In this document: positions 50,480 through 61,800 of the stretch, piece after piece
How the letters are laid out: every line of letters begins with the position of its first letter
Numbering within the stretch: the stretch's first letter is position 1
Assembly (NCBI GenBank): GCA_046761065.1
Contig: JBHIFL010000007.1
Location: 1-64,000 of the forward strand
Direction of reading: 5' to 3'
Length of the DNA stretch: 64,000 nt
DNA from: Candidatus Heimdallarchaeota archaeon
Lineage (GTDB): Archaea > Asgardarchaeota > Wukongarchaeia > Wukongarchaeales > JBHIFL01
Translations under genes and position numbers: made by a program
The notes under the pieces: model-generated
The model's input: the letters and a program-made list of their open reading frames with translations, nothing else
What the model was told of the DNA's origin: nothing
The model's database searches: none

Positions 50480-53400
50480 TCATTTTTTCTTCTTTCCTTT
50501 ACGTTTTGGTTCCTTTTTTGGCTTCGGCTCTTTCTTCGGCTTTGGTTTTTGTGGTCGTCGGAAAATTCGCTTTAATAAGGGAATACTGACGAATCCAATG
50601 CCAATCCCAATTGCAAACAACTGAACTGGAGGGATCCTCTGCCCAAACACGACAATGCCGCCCGCGCCGTATTCTTCCGGGCTTGTAGGTTCGTTCGGAT
50701 CCGTCCCCGCTTCTAGCTCTTCTAGATCAGTGAACCCATCGCCGTCAGTGTCTTCTTTTGCTGGATCGATTCCTTTGTCGATCTCTACTTTATCTTCTAT
50801 TCCGTCACCATCACTATCCATATTTGTGGGGCCGCCAGGCGTGCCAGTTCCGTTATAACACTCAACACATGCGAAGTACGTCATGTACTTAAAGATCTCA
50901 TCCCCATCGGTGATCCCATCTTCATCATAGTCATGATCATCCCCATCGGGCGTCCCATCCCCATCGGTATCTGGATTTAGGGGATCAACCCCATAAATCA
51001 ACACTTCGGCGCCATCTGGTAATCTATCCCCATCGGTATCTGGATTTGTCGCACTGGTTTGATATTTGGGTTGATAAGCGCGTAAACTTTCCACTGCGGT
51101 TGTTGGCATACTTGGGAGTCCCGTCGTCCACCCTCCTCCCAACGCAGATTGTCTCAACATAAGTGCTGAGGCCTCAGTCAGTTCTTCGTTATCGGCTAGC
51201 CCGTCTCCGTCTGTGTCGTTCGCTGCAGGGTCGGTTCCATGGACGTAGACCTCCGACCAATCGTCAAGGGTGTCCCCATCCGTGTCATTCGAATTTGGAT
51301 TTGTGTGATAATACTCTCCTACGGTTTCATTGTACTCAATAAAGCCTGCTGGAATTCCAAGCACTTCTTCACCATCTAATAGTCCATCCCCATCACCATC
51401 CGGGACACTCGGATGAGTTTCGTAAGGGAACGTGATAGAGAATGAGAAATATGGATATGTTACGATTGTTGTGATGTTTTCCAGCCTTACTTCTCGCCCA
51501 TCAAGTAAGCCATCGTTATCGGTATCAGGATTCAATGGATCAAGTGGAATCGACTCATAAGCTACTGAACCTTTCGTTAGAAATAGTTCAAACCCATCAC
51601 CAAGGGAGTCACCATCACTGTCGGCCACGTTGGGATCGGTTCCATATACGATTTCATCATAATCTGTCCACATAAAAGCGGGTTTACCCGTCTCATCTGG
51701 TTGAGTAACGGAATCATCATCACTGTCCACATCAGTTGGATTGGTATTGAAGAGATACAGTTCTTGATAATCTGTCAAGCCATCGCCATCACTGTCTGCT
51801 AAGCGAGGATTACTGTGGAGGTGTCGCACTTCAATGAAATCGGCTACGCCATCGAAATCTGTATCAGGCTTGGTAGGATCTGAATTTGCCTCGAGCACTT
51901 CTTCTCTATCTGAGAGCCCATCTAAATCCGTATCTTGCACAAATGGGTTACTGAAATACAGGTAAACCTCTTCCCCATCTAAGAGTCCGTCATAGTCCGT
52001 GTCGTTATTAGCCGGATCTGTTCCAAAGACTAGAACTTCCGGCCCATCTAAGACCATATCATCGTCTGTATCAGGATCCCTGGGATTTCCCGTCAGGGAA
52101 TCACGTAAATCGTTCAATCCATCGTTATCCGTGTCTGGATTGTTGGGATCGGTCATATTTGTATCGTAACGATTTAATCCTTCCATGCCGTCTACAATTC
52201 CGTCATCGTCAGTGTCGCCATCCGTGGGATCCGTGGGTTCGGGTAAAGATAGCTCCGCGCCATCACTAGTCACGCGTACAAGGGGGAGGTCGGTTGGTGG
52301 GGGTGGCCCGGAATCGCCATCCGTGTCTGGACAGGTCGGATTGGTGTAGACTCGGACGGTATCTCCAGTCTCATATCCAGGCCAAGGCGCCTCACCCATT
52401 AAGACCTCGATCCCGTTGACCTCTACACTATCAGTCATGTCCATTAAGAAGAGGTTATTTGGGCTTTTCTTCATAGAACCGTCGGCAAAATACTGGAGTT
52501 CATAGCTATCATCGTCTGTGTCTGCATCTAAGGGGTGAGTGTAACCCTCATTGAAAATCACCAGCTCCACACCTTCTGGAGCATTCTCAGGGTCCCCATA
52601 CCACTCCCCAAATGGACCTTCTTCCCCATCGAGGAGACCATCCCCATCGGTGTCCGCATTCAATGGGTCGGTGTGGTCAGTGTAGGAGACACCCCCGATA
52701 CTCACTGAGGCAACAGTTGGGGTAACTTCCGGTGGAATCTCCCAAGCTTCAAATATTTCGTATGCGTCATCTAGAAAGTCCTCATCGGTATCTATTTTCA
52801 AAGGGTTCGTTTCATAGATTTTGACTTCGTCATAATCACTTATCGAGTCGAAATCCGTATCCGGAAGCAAGGGATTCGTTGACCATTCAACTACTTCCTC
52901 TCCGTCGGTTAACAGGTCATCATCTGAATCCTGATCACGTGGGTCTGTCGCCAGATCGTATAATTCCCATTTATCGTTCAGTCCATCCCCATCAGTATCT
53001 ACGTTGTTAGGATCCAAATTAATCCCAGGAAGGGCTTCAAGCGAATCCGAGAGGCCATCCCCATCTTTATCCGGCCCTAACTCGTTTTCCTCAAATTCTT
53101 CGCTTTCAGGTTCGGGAGTAAGCCGGATCCCTTCTTTTCCAAAGGGATACCAATCCCATCCAACTTTAATATCAAAGAACAATAAGTTTACAATGACCTT
53201 AAAACCGAGTTTCAAAATCCAGAAGATTTCAATTGGGGTTATAGAGGCGAGATTTTGGATAAAACGCAGGGTGCTTTCAAGAGTCCCAATGAACTTCACA
53301 ATCCAGAGATTGATGGTGAGTGTCGTGCCTAAGATGAGATCAAATGTTAACTTCGATTCTTCACTTTCACCGGGCGGGGGGAATTGTTTGATAATTTCTA

Positions 53401-55141
53401 AAGCCAGTCCAAGGAATACACGAAGATTGATGGCATCAAGTCCCAGATATTCTTGAACGACGCCCAAGACTCCCCCTCCAGTCGCTCCACCCGTTAGAAA
53501 ATCCAATAACGTGAATTTTTTCCCTAATTCGATGCGAAATTTAAAAGCGAACTTTCCAATCTTGATGAAGTTGATAAACTCTCCTTCTCCTGAGAGGCGG
53601 AAGATCTCTAACACGAGTTCTGCTTCCCCCTTGGCTTTTAGATCAAGGCCATAAGCGGCTAGGAGATATTTTAAGAGGCTCGATTTCCCTGTGTCGAGAC
53701 CTTCAACCTTCGCTTTCATTACAAGTGCCGGAACTAGATCCATGAAGCCTAAAATGTCGAAAAAAACAGTTTTCCAATCGGTTTCGTCCCAATAACTTGT
53801 ATCTAAGAAAACTGTTCTGTTCATGAAATCTATGAATTTGGCTTTATTGAGTCTTGGACCTGCGGTTACTGCGATTTCAAAACCTAACTTAAATAATGAG
53901 AGCCCTCCCAAGCCGACGGGATAGCTTCCTTTCCATTCAAAGATTTTTATTTTCCCTAAAAGATTGTCGATGGCTTTAGCGATATCTTCGATTTTCTTCT
54001 CAACTACTCCAGACAACCAATTTACAAATTCATCCCATTTCCCAAGGCCTCCAATAATTGCAGCGGAGATCCCCCCGATGGCGGCGACGCTTCCGGCGGT
54101 AATTCCAATGACTGCCCACATATTATCTTTAACCCATTTCCAATACTCTTTGAGCTTTGTAACTACGGTTTTCGCCACGTCAGCTCGAAGACCAATATCT
54201 ATACTGCCACCTAACAGATCGCCTAACAGTTTGAGGAGCAAATCGACAATTTTTCCAACAGGTCCCGGTAAACCCGCCTTCTTAGGCAGCTTCTTGATGG
54301 AGACATATTCCTCCTCGTCGAACGGCATGTACGCGCCGGAGAATTTCGCACCGGGGACTACTGGTGGTTTTGTCTGACTGGGAATCAGTGTTAATGGGGG
54401 TTTAAACCCGGCAGGAAACCCTAATTCTTGGAGATCAATACGTTCCAACGTTCGTTCTAATATTGCAGGATTCCAGGTAACCAGATCTTCACCTAGAATA
54501 TCTTGAGGGAAAAAGGTTCGAGAAAGGAGTGTTTCAAGTGAAGTGATATAATAGATGAGAGTATGGGCACGTAACTCAGAACCGATATATTGTTGAGGGA
54601 TGTTTGGAGACTGTTCTAATAGATCGGCAAGCGTCCATAGTGCATGGAAGCTGGCGACATAGGAGTCGATGATTTGATTCTCATCTGCTATAAAAATATT
54701 CATAGAGGGCTTCAAGTGTTCTAAAAGTTGAATACTATTCCCCATGCTTAGGATATGAAATTTTTCTGGGAAATTTTTAAGAGTAGTGGTAAATTGGGGC
54801 CATGATATAGTTTTTTCTCCAATTAGGAGTCCGTGTAACCGTGTTTGAAACACATAAACAAGTGTCCAATAGTCTTGTTTGAGGTAAGAGGTGAGTTCCC
54901 CAAATGTCGCAATATTCTGTATTTCCGTATCTTTGTAGAAATACACAATAGATTGATAGATATAATGAGCAGTAAAGTTTGCAACGACATCTGTTGAGTC
55001 ATAAACAATTAAAATTTTATCCGAGGGTTCCATAATGGTCTCGGCTTGGGAAGAAGACCTCTCAACTGACGCAATTAGACTGAGCATCAAAATGCAAAGT
55101 GCTAATGACCAGGAAAAATTGCGTTTTGTGGTTGGATTCAA
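50480..55141 (-). CDS. Giant (1553 aa) membrane-anchored surface protein with ~26 DTDGDG-type Ca-binding (TSP3-like) repeats
   Basis: Signal peptide; DxDxDGLxDxxE...DP repeats over ~50700-53075; C-terminal TM and Lys-rich tail; TTG start after GGTGA. Confidence 0.85.
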   Translation of the reverse strand: MNPTTKRNFSWSLALCILMLSLIASVERSSSQAETIMEPSDKILIVYDSTDVVANFTAHYIYQSIVYFYKDTEIQNIATFGELTSYLKQDYWTLVYVFQTRLHGLLIGEKTISWPQFTTTLKNFPEKFHILSMGNSIQLLEHLKPSMNIFIADENQIIDSYVASFHALWTLADLLEQSPNIPQQYIGSELRAHTLIYYITSLETLLSRTFFPQDILGEDLVTWNPAILERTLERIDLQELGFPAGFKPPLTLIPSQTKPPVVPGAKFSGAYMPFDEEEYVSIKKLPKKAGLPGPVGKIVDLLLKLLGDLLGGSIDIGLRADVAKTVVTKLKEYWKWVKDNMWAVIGITAGSVAAIGGISAAIIGGLGKWDEFVNWLSGVVEKKIEDIAKAIDNLLGKIKIFEWKGSYPVGLGGLSLFKLGFEIAVTAGPRLNKAKFIDFMNRTVFLDTSYWDETDWKTVFFDILGFMDLVPALVMKAKVEGLDTGKSSLLKYLLAAYGLDLKAKGEAELVLEIFRLSGEGEFINFIKIGKFAFKFRIELGKKFTLLDFLTGGATGGGVLGVVQEYLGLDAINLRVFLGLALEIIKQFPPPGESEESKLTFDLILGTTLTINLWIVKFIGTLESTLRFIQNLASITPIEIFWILKLGFKVIVNLLFFDIKVGWDWYPFGKEGIRLTPEPESEEFEENELGPDKDGDGLSDSLEALPGINLDPNNVDTDGDGLNDKWELYDLATDPRDQDSDDDLLTDGEEVVEWSTNPLLPDTDFDSISDYDEVKIYETNPLKIDTDEDFLDDAYEIFEAWEIPPEVTPTVASVSIGGVSYTDHTDPLNADTDGDGLLDGEEGPFGEWYGDPENAPEGVELVIFNEGYTHPLDADTDDDSYELQYFADGSMKKSPNNLFLMDMTDSVEVNGIEVLMGEAPWPGYETGDTVRVYTNPTCPDTDGDSGPPPPTDLPLVRVTSDGAELSLPEPTDPTDGDTDDDGIVDGMEGLNRYDTNMTDPNNPDTDNDGLNDLRDSLTGNPRDPDTDDDMVLDGPEVLVFGTDPANNDTDYDGLLDGEEVYLYFSNPFVQDTDLDGLSDREEVLEANSDPTKPDTDFDGVADFIEVRHLHSNPRLADSDGDGLTDYQELYLFNTNPTDVDSDDDSVTQPDETGKPAFMWTDYDEIVYGTDPNVADSDGDSLGDGFELFLTKGSVAYESIPLDPLNPDTDNDGLLDGREVRLENITTIVTYPYFSFSITFPYETHPSVPDGDGDGLLDGEEVLGIPAGFIEYNETVGEYYHTNPNSNDTDGDTLDDWSEVYVHGTDPAANDTDGDGLADNEELTEASALMLRQSALGGGWTTGLPSMPTTAVESLRAYQPKYQTSATNPDTDGDRLPDGAEVLIYGVDPLNPDTDGDGTPDGDDHDYDEDGITDGDEIFKYMTYFACVECYNGTGTPGGPTNMDSDGDGIEDKVEIDKGIDPAKEDTDGDGFTDLEELEAGTDPNEPTSPEEYGAGGIVVFGQRIPPVQLFAIGIGIGFVSIPLLKRIFRRPQKPKPKKEPKPKKEPKRKGKKKK

Positions 55142-55322
55142 TTATCTCACCATTTTTAGGTTTATTTTATTTAACTTCGCACTTTCGCGATTGTACCGTT
55201 CAAAGCGGAGCCATGGGAAAGGGAATGGCTTCCATTTGTTGAGCTAGTGATCACCACACAAATTTGTGTAGGTTTTCTTCTTCTGCTTAGCTCAATCCAA
55301 TCTATGGTTCTTTAAGTTCATA

Positions 55323-58300
55323 TCAACCGATAGGATAGAATGGTTGCTGAATGAGGGTGGCGTTATAGAGTGGAACCGTTTCCTCAACTGATTGAAGTTG
55401 TTCCGCCTCTTCTATCATGGTAGCCTCACGGTAGACTGGTGAATAAACGGGATACACATATTGTGCGACCAAGAATATCTCCGTGACCTCAACATCGACT
55501 GCATACTCATATGAGAAGGTGAATCCTCCTGGAGCCGAACAAATGATTTCATCGTATCCATTATTGTTCGTATCGCCGATCGCCATGTCGCCAACGTTTA
55601 CAGGCTCTCGGAAGGCTGTGTTATACACAAGTTCGTATAGAAATGTTGTTCCAGGTTCCAATTCAAGCACTGAGATAATGTTCCTCGGCAAGTTCGGCCC
55701 ACTTTCACTCACATTCGTTGCCGCAACTAGGATTTCCCGTCTATTATCACCATCACTATTGCCCACCCCTAGGGCCCCGACCCAGCCGATTGTATCAGAA
55801 GGCGTCGACTGTTTAAGTACGATTCCATCATCTACTCCCGTGTGCTCAAAGATGGTAATTCCATAGCTTCCACAAATCAGCTCTTTTCGGCCATTACCAT
55901 CTTGATCGTCCACTGCAATTGCTGTGACACCAAAAGGTGGAGTTACTGTCCACTTTTCCCTATAATCATCATTAGCCACTGCTTCTAGACATCGAACGAC
56001 CCCATTAAAGTGAGTCATCATGGCGAGATGATATACTCCTGTTAAAGAGATGCCTGCTAGAATGATCTCGCCACGACCATCCAAATCGAGATCTTCTGTT
56101 ATCATCTGTGTCACTAAAGTATTATCAAAGTCAGGTACATCTAAGACGGATGTGACGATATAGTGGTTGTAGATCAGTTTGAGCTGGGTTGCTGGTTGAA
56201 GTTTTGAAGGTTGAATGATTGGAATCTGTTGTTGGGATTTCTGTTGGAGTTCTGTTTGAATACCCGGACCTGGTTGAGGTTGGACTATTGGTTCGACTGG
56301 TTGAGGGATGATGGGTTGCACTACAATGGGTTGGTCGGGTTGGGTGACAATTGGGGAAACATCAATTGGTTCAGCAAATATGGGACCGAGTTTGGGGTTT
56401 GTAATATTTAAAACGGGTTGGTAAGGTTGGACAAGCTCGGGAGGGACATACAACTCTGCGGATTCAAGGACATACAACTTATTTCCTACAAGGACGATAA
56501 TTTCTGGCGCGCCATCTCCATCTAAGTCATCCCCAAGTGTAAGCGCAGAAATCTCATATTTTGCATCAATTTGGAAGTCACCACGCCAAACCAGCTCGTA
56601 CGAATTGGGGTTTACCGGCGTTGCACGATTCTCAAAGACAAGAATACTACGCGTCGTTGCAATAATAATTTCAGCGGCCTCATCCCCATCGGTATTCCCA
56701 ACAACCATATCAATTGCTTCATCATATTCCCGATATGTAAAGGGTATCCCAGCAGTGGTGCTAATGAAAACGGATTGGCTCCGACTCGGTGCTTGGACAA
56801 ATCCTGAGATGACAAGGGGAGCATATAATGTCAGTTTGCCGGTTTCTACATGAGTTAGGTCGGGGGAACTCCACGCATTATAATACGTGCCATTGTAGAT
56901 ATTCTCAAACAGATAGATGTTGCTATCCCAGCTCCCAGCAACGATTTCATCCTGGTTGTCCCCATCTGGGTCACCAATCTCCACAGCTTCGCCAAATGTC
57001 CAGCCATTTAACCGTTCGAGAGTGTCCCAGGCATTGTTGGCTCGCCAATAGATGGTGCCACCAATATTTTTCTGGAAGATTTCAATCCAATGAATTGCGG
57101 GATAGGTTCCACAGAGGAGGCCTTGTTATGTGGGGGAGTCTGTGATGCTGATAAAGTTCCAGATGCCGGTGCCCAAGCTGAATACAGAGTCTTCATATGT
57201 GTCATAGATTCGAGGAGCTTGTTGTACACCTTGATAGTCGTAAAAGATCAATCGTCCGTCTTGAGTTCCAAGGGTGATAACATCTTGGTCGTCATACTCG
57301 GAGGGGATGATGTCTCCACTGGGACGAGCCAGCTTCATGTTGGTCAGGTGAAGACTCAAGGTTTCGGCGAGTGGGCGGTAGAGGATCCCATAGGCAGTGT
57401 CGACATAAATATTAACATCTCCGGTATTTTTGATATACAGATAGCGGATGGAGTCCCATTGGGTAGCCACTAAAACAGGGTCTATGTCAATGACATAGGA
57501 AGGCAAAACTTCCATCCCTAGTTTTGTAAGGCGTTGAGAGCCAAATGTCCACTCTGCTTCCTTGATAAAGGTAGAGGGGATAATTGTGAAATTTTTGCCA
57601 TCTTGCGAAATGGCAATCTCAACACTCTGCTTTTTTAAGACATCAACGATTGCATCACTTGGCAGAAGTGGTTGGATGGATTTAATTTGGGTAACTGACA
57701 CGGGAGTGGCTTTAGAAATTGAAGGTGAAATGGGTTGAATCGCATCAACGGTACGAATGGGTGAATATGGTGTAAGGAACGGCTGAATTGTTTGGACTGG
57801 CTCAATGGGAGTAGATAACTGGAAAAATATGGGCTGAAAAATGGGTTGATAAATAATCTGATCCGACTGAATTGTTTCCATGGATAGAGCCCGGTTATTT
57901 CCACTAACGACACTATCGGCTTTCGATTGAACTACCTGAGGGATTTCCTCAATCGGTAGGACTTCGCCCCCTACAACCAACTCAGTTGGCTCAATCGGGG
58001 CAATTGTTGCTGTTGGTTCGACCAATTCAAGTGGTTGCATCTGTCCAACCGGGATGATTGACTCAACGGGCTGAAGGGTGCCAACCGCCTGGTAAAGTAG
58101 TTCCGCTGGGCCCATTCCTAGTAGGATGGTTAGATCTGGGGCCGAATTCCCACCTCCTGTGACAGTCTCAAACTGTCCAAAGTCCAAGATGGTGCTTCCT
58201 TCCGTTGGGATGCGGCCTAAGATCCCATCTGGTTTTCGAGTCATCGCGGAGTTCGCTTCTAAGGGATATACCCCTTCGTAAGGGTCTTGGACACCTCCAA

Positions 58301-59732
58301 GGCTACCAGTAGCCCAGTCCGTATAGATATCGATGGGATAGGGAACTGGGGGGCCCCCATATTCCTCCGGCGCTTCCCAGGGTTCCAAAGGCCGGAAGAG
58401 TTTTGTCATGGTCATAGTTCGATCTTTGAGATAGGTAACAGCGAGACCTGGCGCCCCAGTTGGCATTTCCACAAGTTGAATGGGTTGACTAGGTTGGATG
58501 GGTAAAACAGGTTGTATCGGAACGGGTTGAACAACAATGGGTTGGGACTCGATGGGTTGAACAATAGGTTGAACAATGGGTTGAGTAATGGGCTGACTGA
58601 CTTGATTCGGATTAGGCGCTGATCCCCCAAGCGTCTGGCTTGCTGGGCTTAAAAAGGTAGCTTCTACAATAGCAGTTTCTGCGATCAAAAGGGTGGAAAC
58701 CAGTTGAACATCCGCTGCTTTTTCAAACACAAACACACCATGGCCGTAGGCGCTTACAACAATTTCATCCGAAGGCGTAGTAGGATTTAAATCCCCGACC
58801 GCCAGCGCTTGGATAGGCCCAAAGATCTGCCGCCCAGAATCCCATTTCAGCACGTAGGCATTATCTGCGTGTGGAGGATAAGCACTCCATTCATCGAGAG
58901 TGTTCTCAAATATATACACTCGATGATCCTCTGAGCCAGCAATTATTTCTTGGAAGCCATCTCCATCGGTATCCCCCGTAGCCACAGCTCGAACCTGTTT
59001 CACAGTATTTCCATTGCTCCAGACCTCAGTAAATGCCTGGGAATATCCAAGTCGGTTGCGATACCCACTCCGGGTTAAATATTCGAAAACATGAACCCCA
59101 TCGCCCGCGCCGACAATGATTTCCTTAATCAAATCCTCATCAAGGTCACCTATGACAATTGACCAGACTCGATGAGTGATTTCGTTGGAACTCTTCCATA
59201 CGAGCTGATAGACCTCTGCGGCTTTCTGTTCAATATAATCTGGATTTCCAGTTCGGAGGGCATAAACGTAGATTTTGCCCCCCACCGAGCCGGCTACAAC
59301 CTCGAAGAAACCATCACCATCCATATCGTCAATTGCAAGGGCTAAGACGCTCCCTTCGATGATCCCATCGCCCGCTGACCAGATATGGGTCCATTGACCT
59401 GTCCAATAGTACAGGTGGATTTCATTGTCCCCAGATAAGTGCCCCCCACCAATCGCAAGTAGCCGTTTATCTGGACTTAAAGCAACGGCATGATACGCGG
59501 CTTTTGCACGATTTGGTTCCCATAATAACTCATATTCAGCCGGTTCATCCGTTGCGAGCGCCTTGACTCCCCCCAACATCTTGTTGTTCAATTGATATGC
59601 ATTTTGTTCCTCTAAGCTCTTTTCTGAAAACGCAAGCACATGGACTTGGCTGGTATGCAAAATTGGCAGGAGCATGAGAAAAATAAATCCGAGAGTTAAC
59701 AATCGCTTTCGCATTTTATTCCGCCACATCAT
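55323..59732 (-). pseudogene. Single ~1470-codon secreted FG-GAP/VCBS-like repeat protein interrupted by one in-frame TAA
   Basis: ORFs 57126..59732 and 55323..56984 share a frame (2748 nt apart) with only the TAA at 57126-57128 between them. Many GDxDGDG..EIIAG repeats; signal peptide. Confidence 0.75.
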
Positions 59733-60217
59733 TTCTTCTCGACGACGAAATTCGATGGAGGTTTATATTTGGGATACGATAAGGCAAGTTATGTTTCGCT
59801 GTTTGGTTTAAATCCGGTACCTGTTTAATTTGCGTAAATTTTGACAAAAAAGCAATAATAGGGGTTATTAGGCAGCATCTAAAGCAATGGAAGTGATATG
59901 ACATCAATATTGAATATCTTCGGCTTGATCATGCAACCTCTCTAAGAAGTCGTTTTGTACTGGGTTCCGTTTAAAAAGATTGCGCCTCCAAGGACAATAG
60001 AGAACGTATCAATTTTGAGCGATTTCAGATCTTGGATTCCGGATGGAACTCAAGAAATAGTAGAGCACAGTGTCCAATTGCCATTTACACTCTTATGCGT
60101 TTCAATGAATCTTAAGCTCAAGAGGAGCAGAAGTTGGTTTGCATTGTGTGACTGAAGGATAATACCTAAATGGATCATCCTGGCTGTTAATCAAAACATG
60201 AATGAAGTCACAAGAAT

Positions 60218-60859
60218 GTGATGAACAGGGTATGTGTGGGGATTGGGTTGAGAAGAGAGAAGTTGATTGGGACTTACTTGCCTGCGTTGATTATGGTGAT
60301 CTTGTGGATGAATGGGGGGATTTACCCTATCCTCTTACTGCCACTACTCTATGTCAGGTACGTAGAGAAGCGGGGGTTGAACACAATCGGTTTCCGAAGA
60401 ACCGCTATTTCCTGCTCCCTAATTCTTGGATTCGTGGCTAGTGCAATTATTGCTGTTATGGTATTCCCTATCTTTTCTTATTACCAAGAGAATCTAAGAC
60501 AGAGTCCCGCGATCAGCTTGTATGATGTCATTACGGATATTGTATGGTATCCCTTGTACGAAGAGATTAGCTATCGCGGATTTCTCCTTTCCCACCTCAT
60601 AAAAGATCCCGATGTATCCAGGATTAGGTCACCGGTTTCCAAGCGAGAGATGGGGATAAACCTCTTTCAAACCTCAATGTTTCTCTCAATCCATCACCAC
60701 CATGTGACAGCGGGCATGCCCTTAATCCTCCTCCCTGTTTTTCTCCTAGGTTGGGTCACCGGTTTCATCTTTATCAAGACAAGGAACCTAACTGGTTGCC
60801 TAGCTGCCCATGTGTTGACTAACGGCTTTGCCCTTCTCCTCCGCAGCCTCCTCATCTAA
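60218..60859 (+). CDS. CPBP (CAAX/Abi) intramembrane endopeptidase
   Basis: YEEISYRG, FLSIH, AHVLTN; hydrophobic. Confidence 0.85.
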   Translation: MMNRVCVGIGLRREKLIGTYLPALIMVILWMNGGIYPILLLPLLYVRYVEKRGLNTIGFRRTAISCSLILGFVASAIIAVMVFPIFSYYQENLRQSPAISLYDVITDIVWYPLYEEISYRGFLLSHLIKDPDVSRIRSPVSKREMGINLFQTSMFLSIHHHHVTAGMPLILLPVFLLGWVTGFIFIKTRNLTGCLAAHVLTNGFALLLRSLLI

Positions 60860-61060
60860 CCCTCTTCATAATCAGGGTTGAGCAACTTTCCTCAAATGAG
60901 ATGAACTTTTGGCGTTTTAAAGTAAAGAAATTATTGAACATTTGATGGATCTTCGGCTTCTTAATGACGCTCAATAGATAGGGTTGGAAAATATCACATC
61001 GCCATTGGCATCCTGGGTTATTACAAAGAAACTTAAGTTTATATCGAGTAATCTGAAAAG

Positions 61061-61099
61061 TTTTTATATTTGTAATAATTTTATTACATTATTGTAATA
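61061..61099 (+). promoter_or_regulatory. TATA box and overlapping palindromic operator upstream of the TA operon
   Basis: GAAAAG then TTTTTATATT (61061-61070); TGTAATAA-TT-TTATTACA (61071-61088) overlapping TATTACA-TTAT-TGTAATA (61082-61099), typical of antitoxin autoregulation. Confidence 0.65.
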
Positions 61100-61107
61100 C
61101 ATAGTTA

Positions 61108-61359
61108 GTGAACAAAATGCCAACCATGACAACCAGAGTGGATGAAAAAACAAAGAAAAAAGTGGATTCATTACCTCATATCAATTGGAGTGAGGTTATG
61201 CGACAAGCGATTCTTAAAAAATTAGATGAGGAACAAACAAAGCTAAAAACAAAGAATCTTGAACAGATCAGAGAAGCCATCAAACGGATCGATAGTTTGC
61301 AGCGTACTTGTGAAGGTAATACCACGGAGGAACTCCGAAGTTGGCGCCAGAAGAGATAA
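61108..61359 (+). CDS. vapB: Ribbon-helix-helix VapB-type antitoxin
   Basis: MTTRVDEKTKKK..INWSEVMRQAI..TTEELRSWR; overlaps vapC. Confidence 0.85.
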   Translation: MNKMPTMTTRVDEKTKKKVDSLPHINWSEVMRQAILKKLDEEQTKLKTKNLEQIREAIKRIDSLQRTCEGNTTEELRSWRQKR

Positions 61360-61772
61360 TAGTACTAGATGCCTCTGTGATCCTCAAATGGTTCGTAGAG
61401 GAAGAGTGGAGTGAAATTGCCGCAAACATTAAATCTGAGTATTCAAAAGGGAAGTTTACAATTGCAGTACCCTCTCTTGTCTTCTATGAGGTTGCAAATG
61501 TCCTCCGATACAAGACTGAATTTGGATTGAAGGATGTAACTGTAGCACTTACCTCATTATATGCTCTACAGTTTGAAATCTGGGGTTTTGAGAATATTTT
61601 AGCTAGGAAAACAATCGAGTTAGCATACAACTATGGGATCACAATATTTGATGCAGCATATCTAGGACTTGCTGCGTTGAAAGAGTGTCGTATCTATACT
61701 GTGGACGAGGTTCTAGTAAAGAAAACCAAAGATTTCAATTATATGGCTCATATCCGGGAATGGGAGTCCTAA
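61341..61772 (+). CDS. vapC: VapC/PIN toxin
   Basis: VLDASVILKWF..E, YEVANVLR, ITIFDAAYLGLA, YTVD. Confidence 0.92.
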   Translation: MAPEEIIVLDASVILKWFVEEEWSEIAANIKSEYSKGKFTIAVPSLVFYEVANVLRYKTEFGLKDVTVALTSLYALQFEIWGFENILARKTIELAYNYGITIFDAAYLGLAALKECRIYTVDEVLVKKTKDFNYMAHIREWES

Positions 61773-61800
61773 ATTAATAGCCCAGCTTTGAAAATTGACG

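Noticed and set aside
41406-57128. TAA stop-codon reassignment explaining the two in-frame TAAs
   Set aside because: TAA ends many clearly complete genes here (mtrH, pmbA, livF, dppD), so genome-wide recoding is not tenable.
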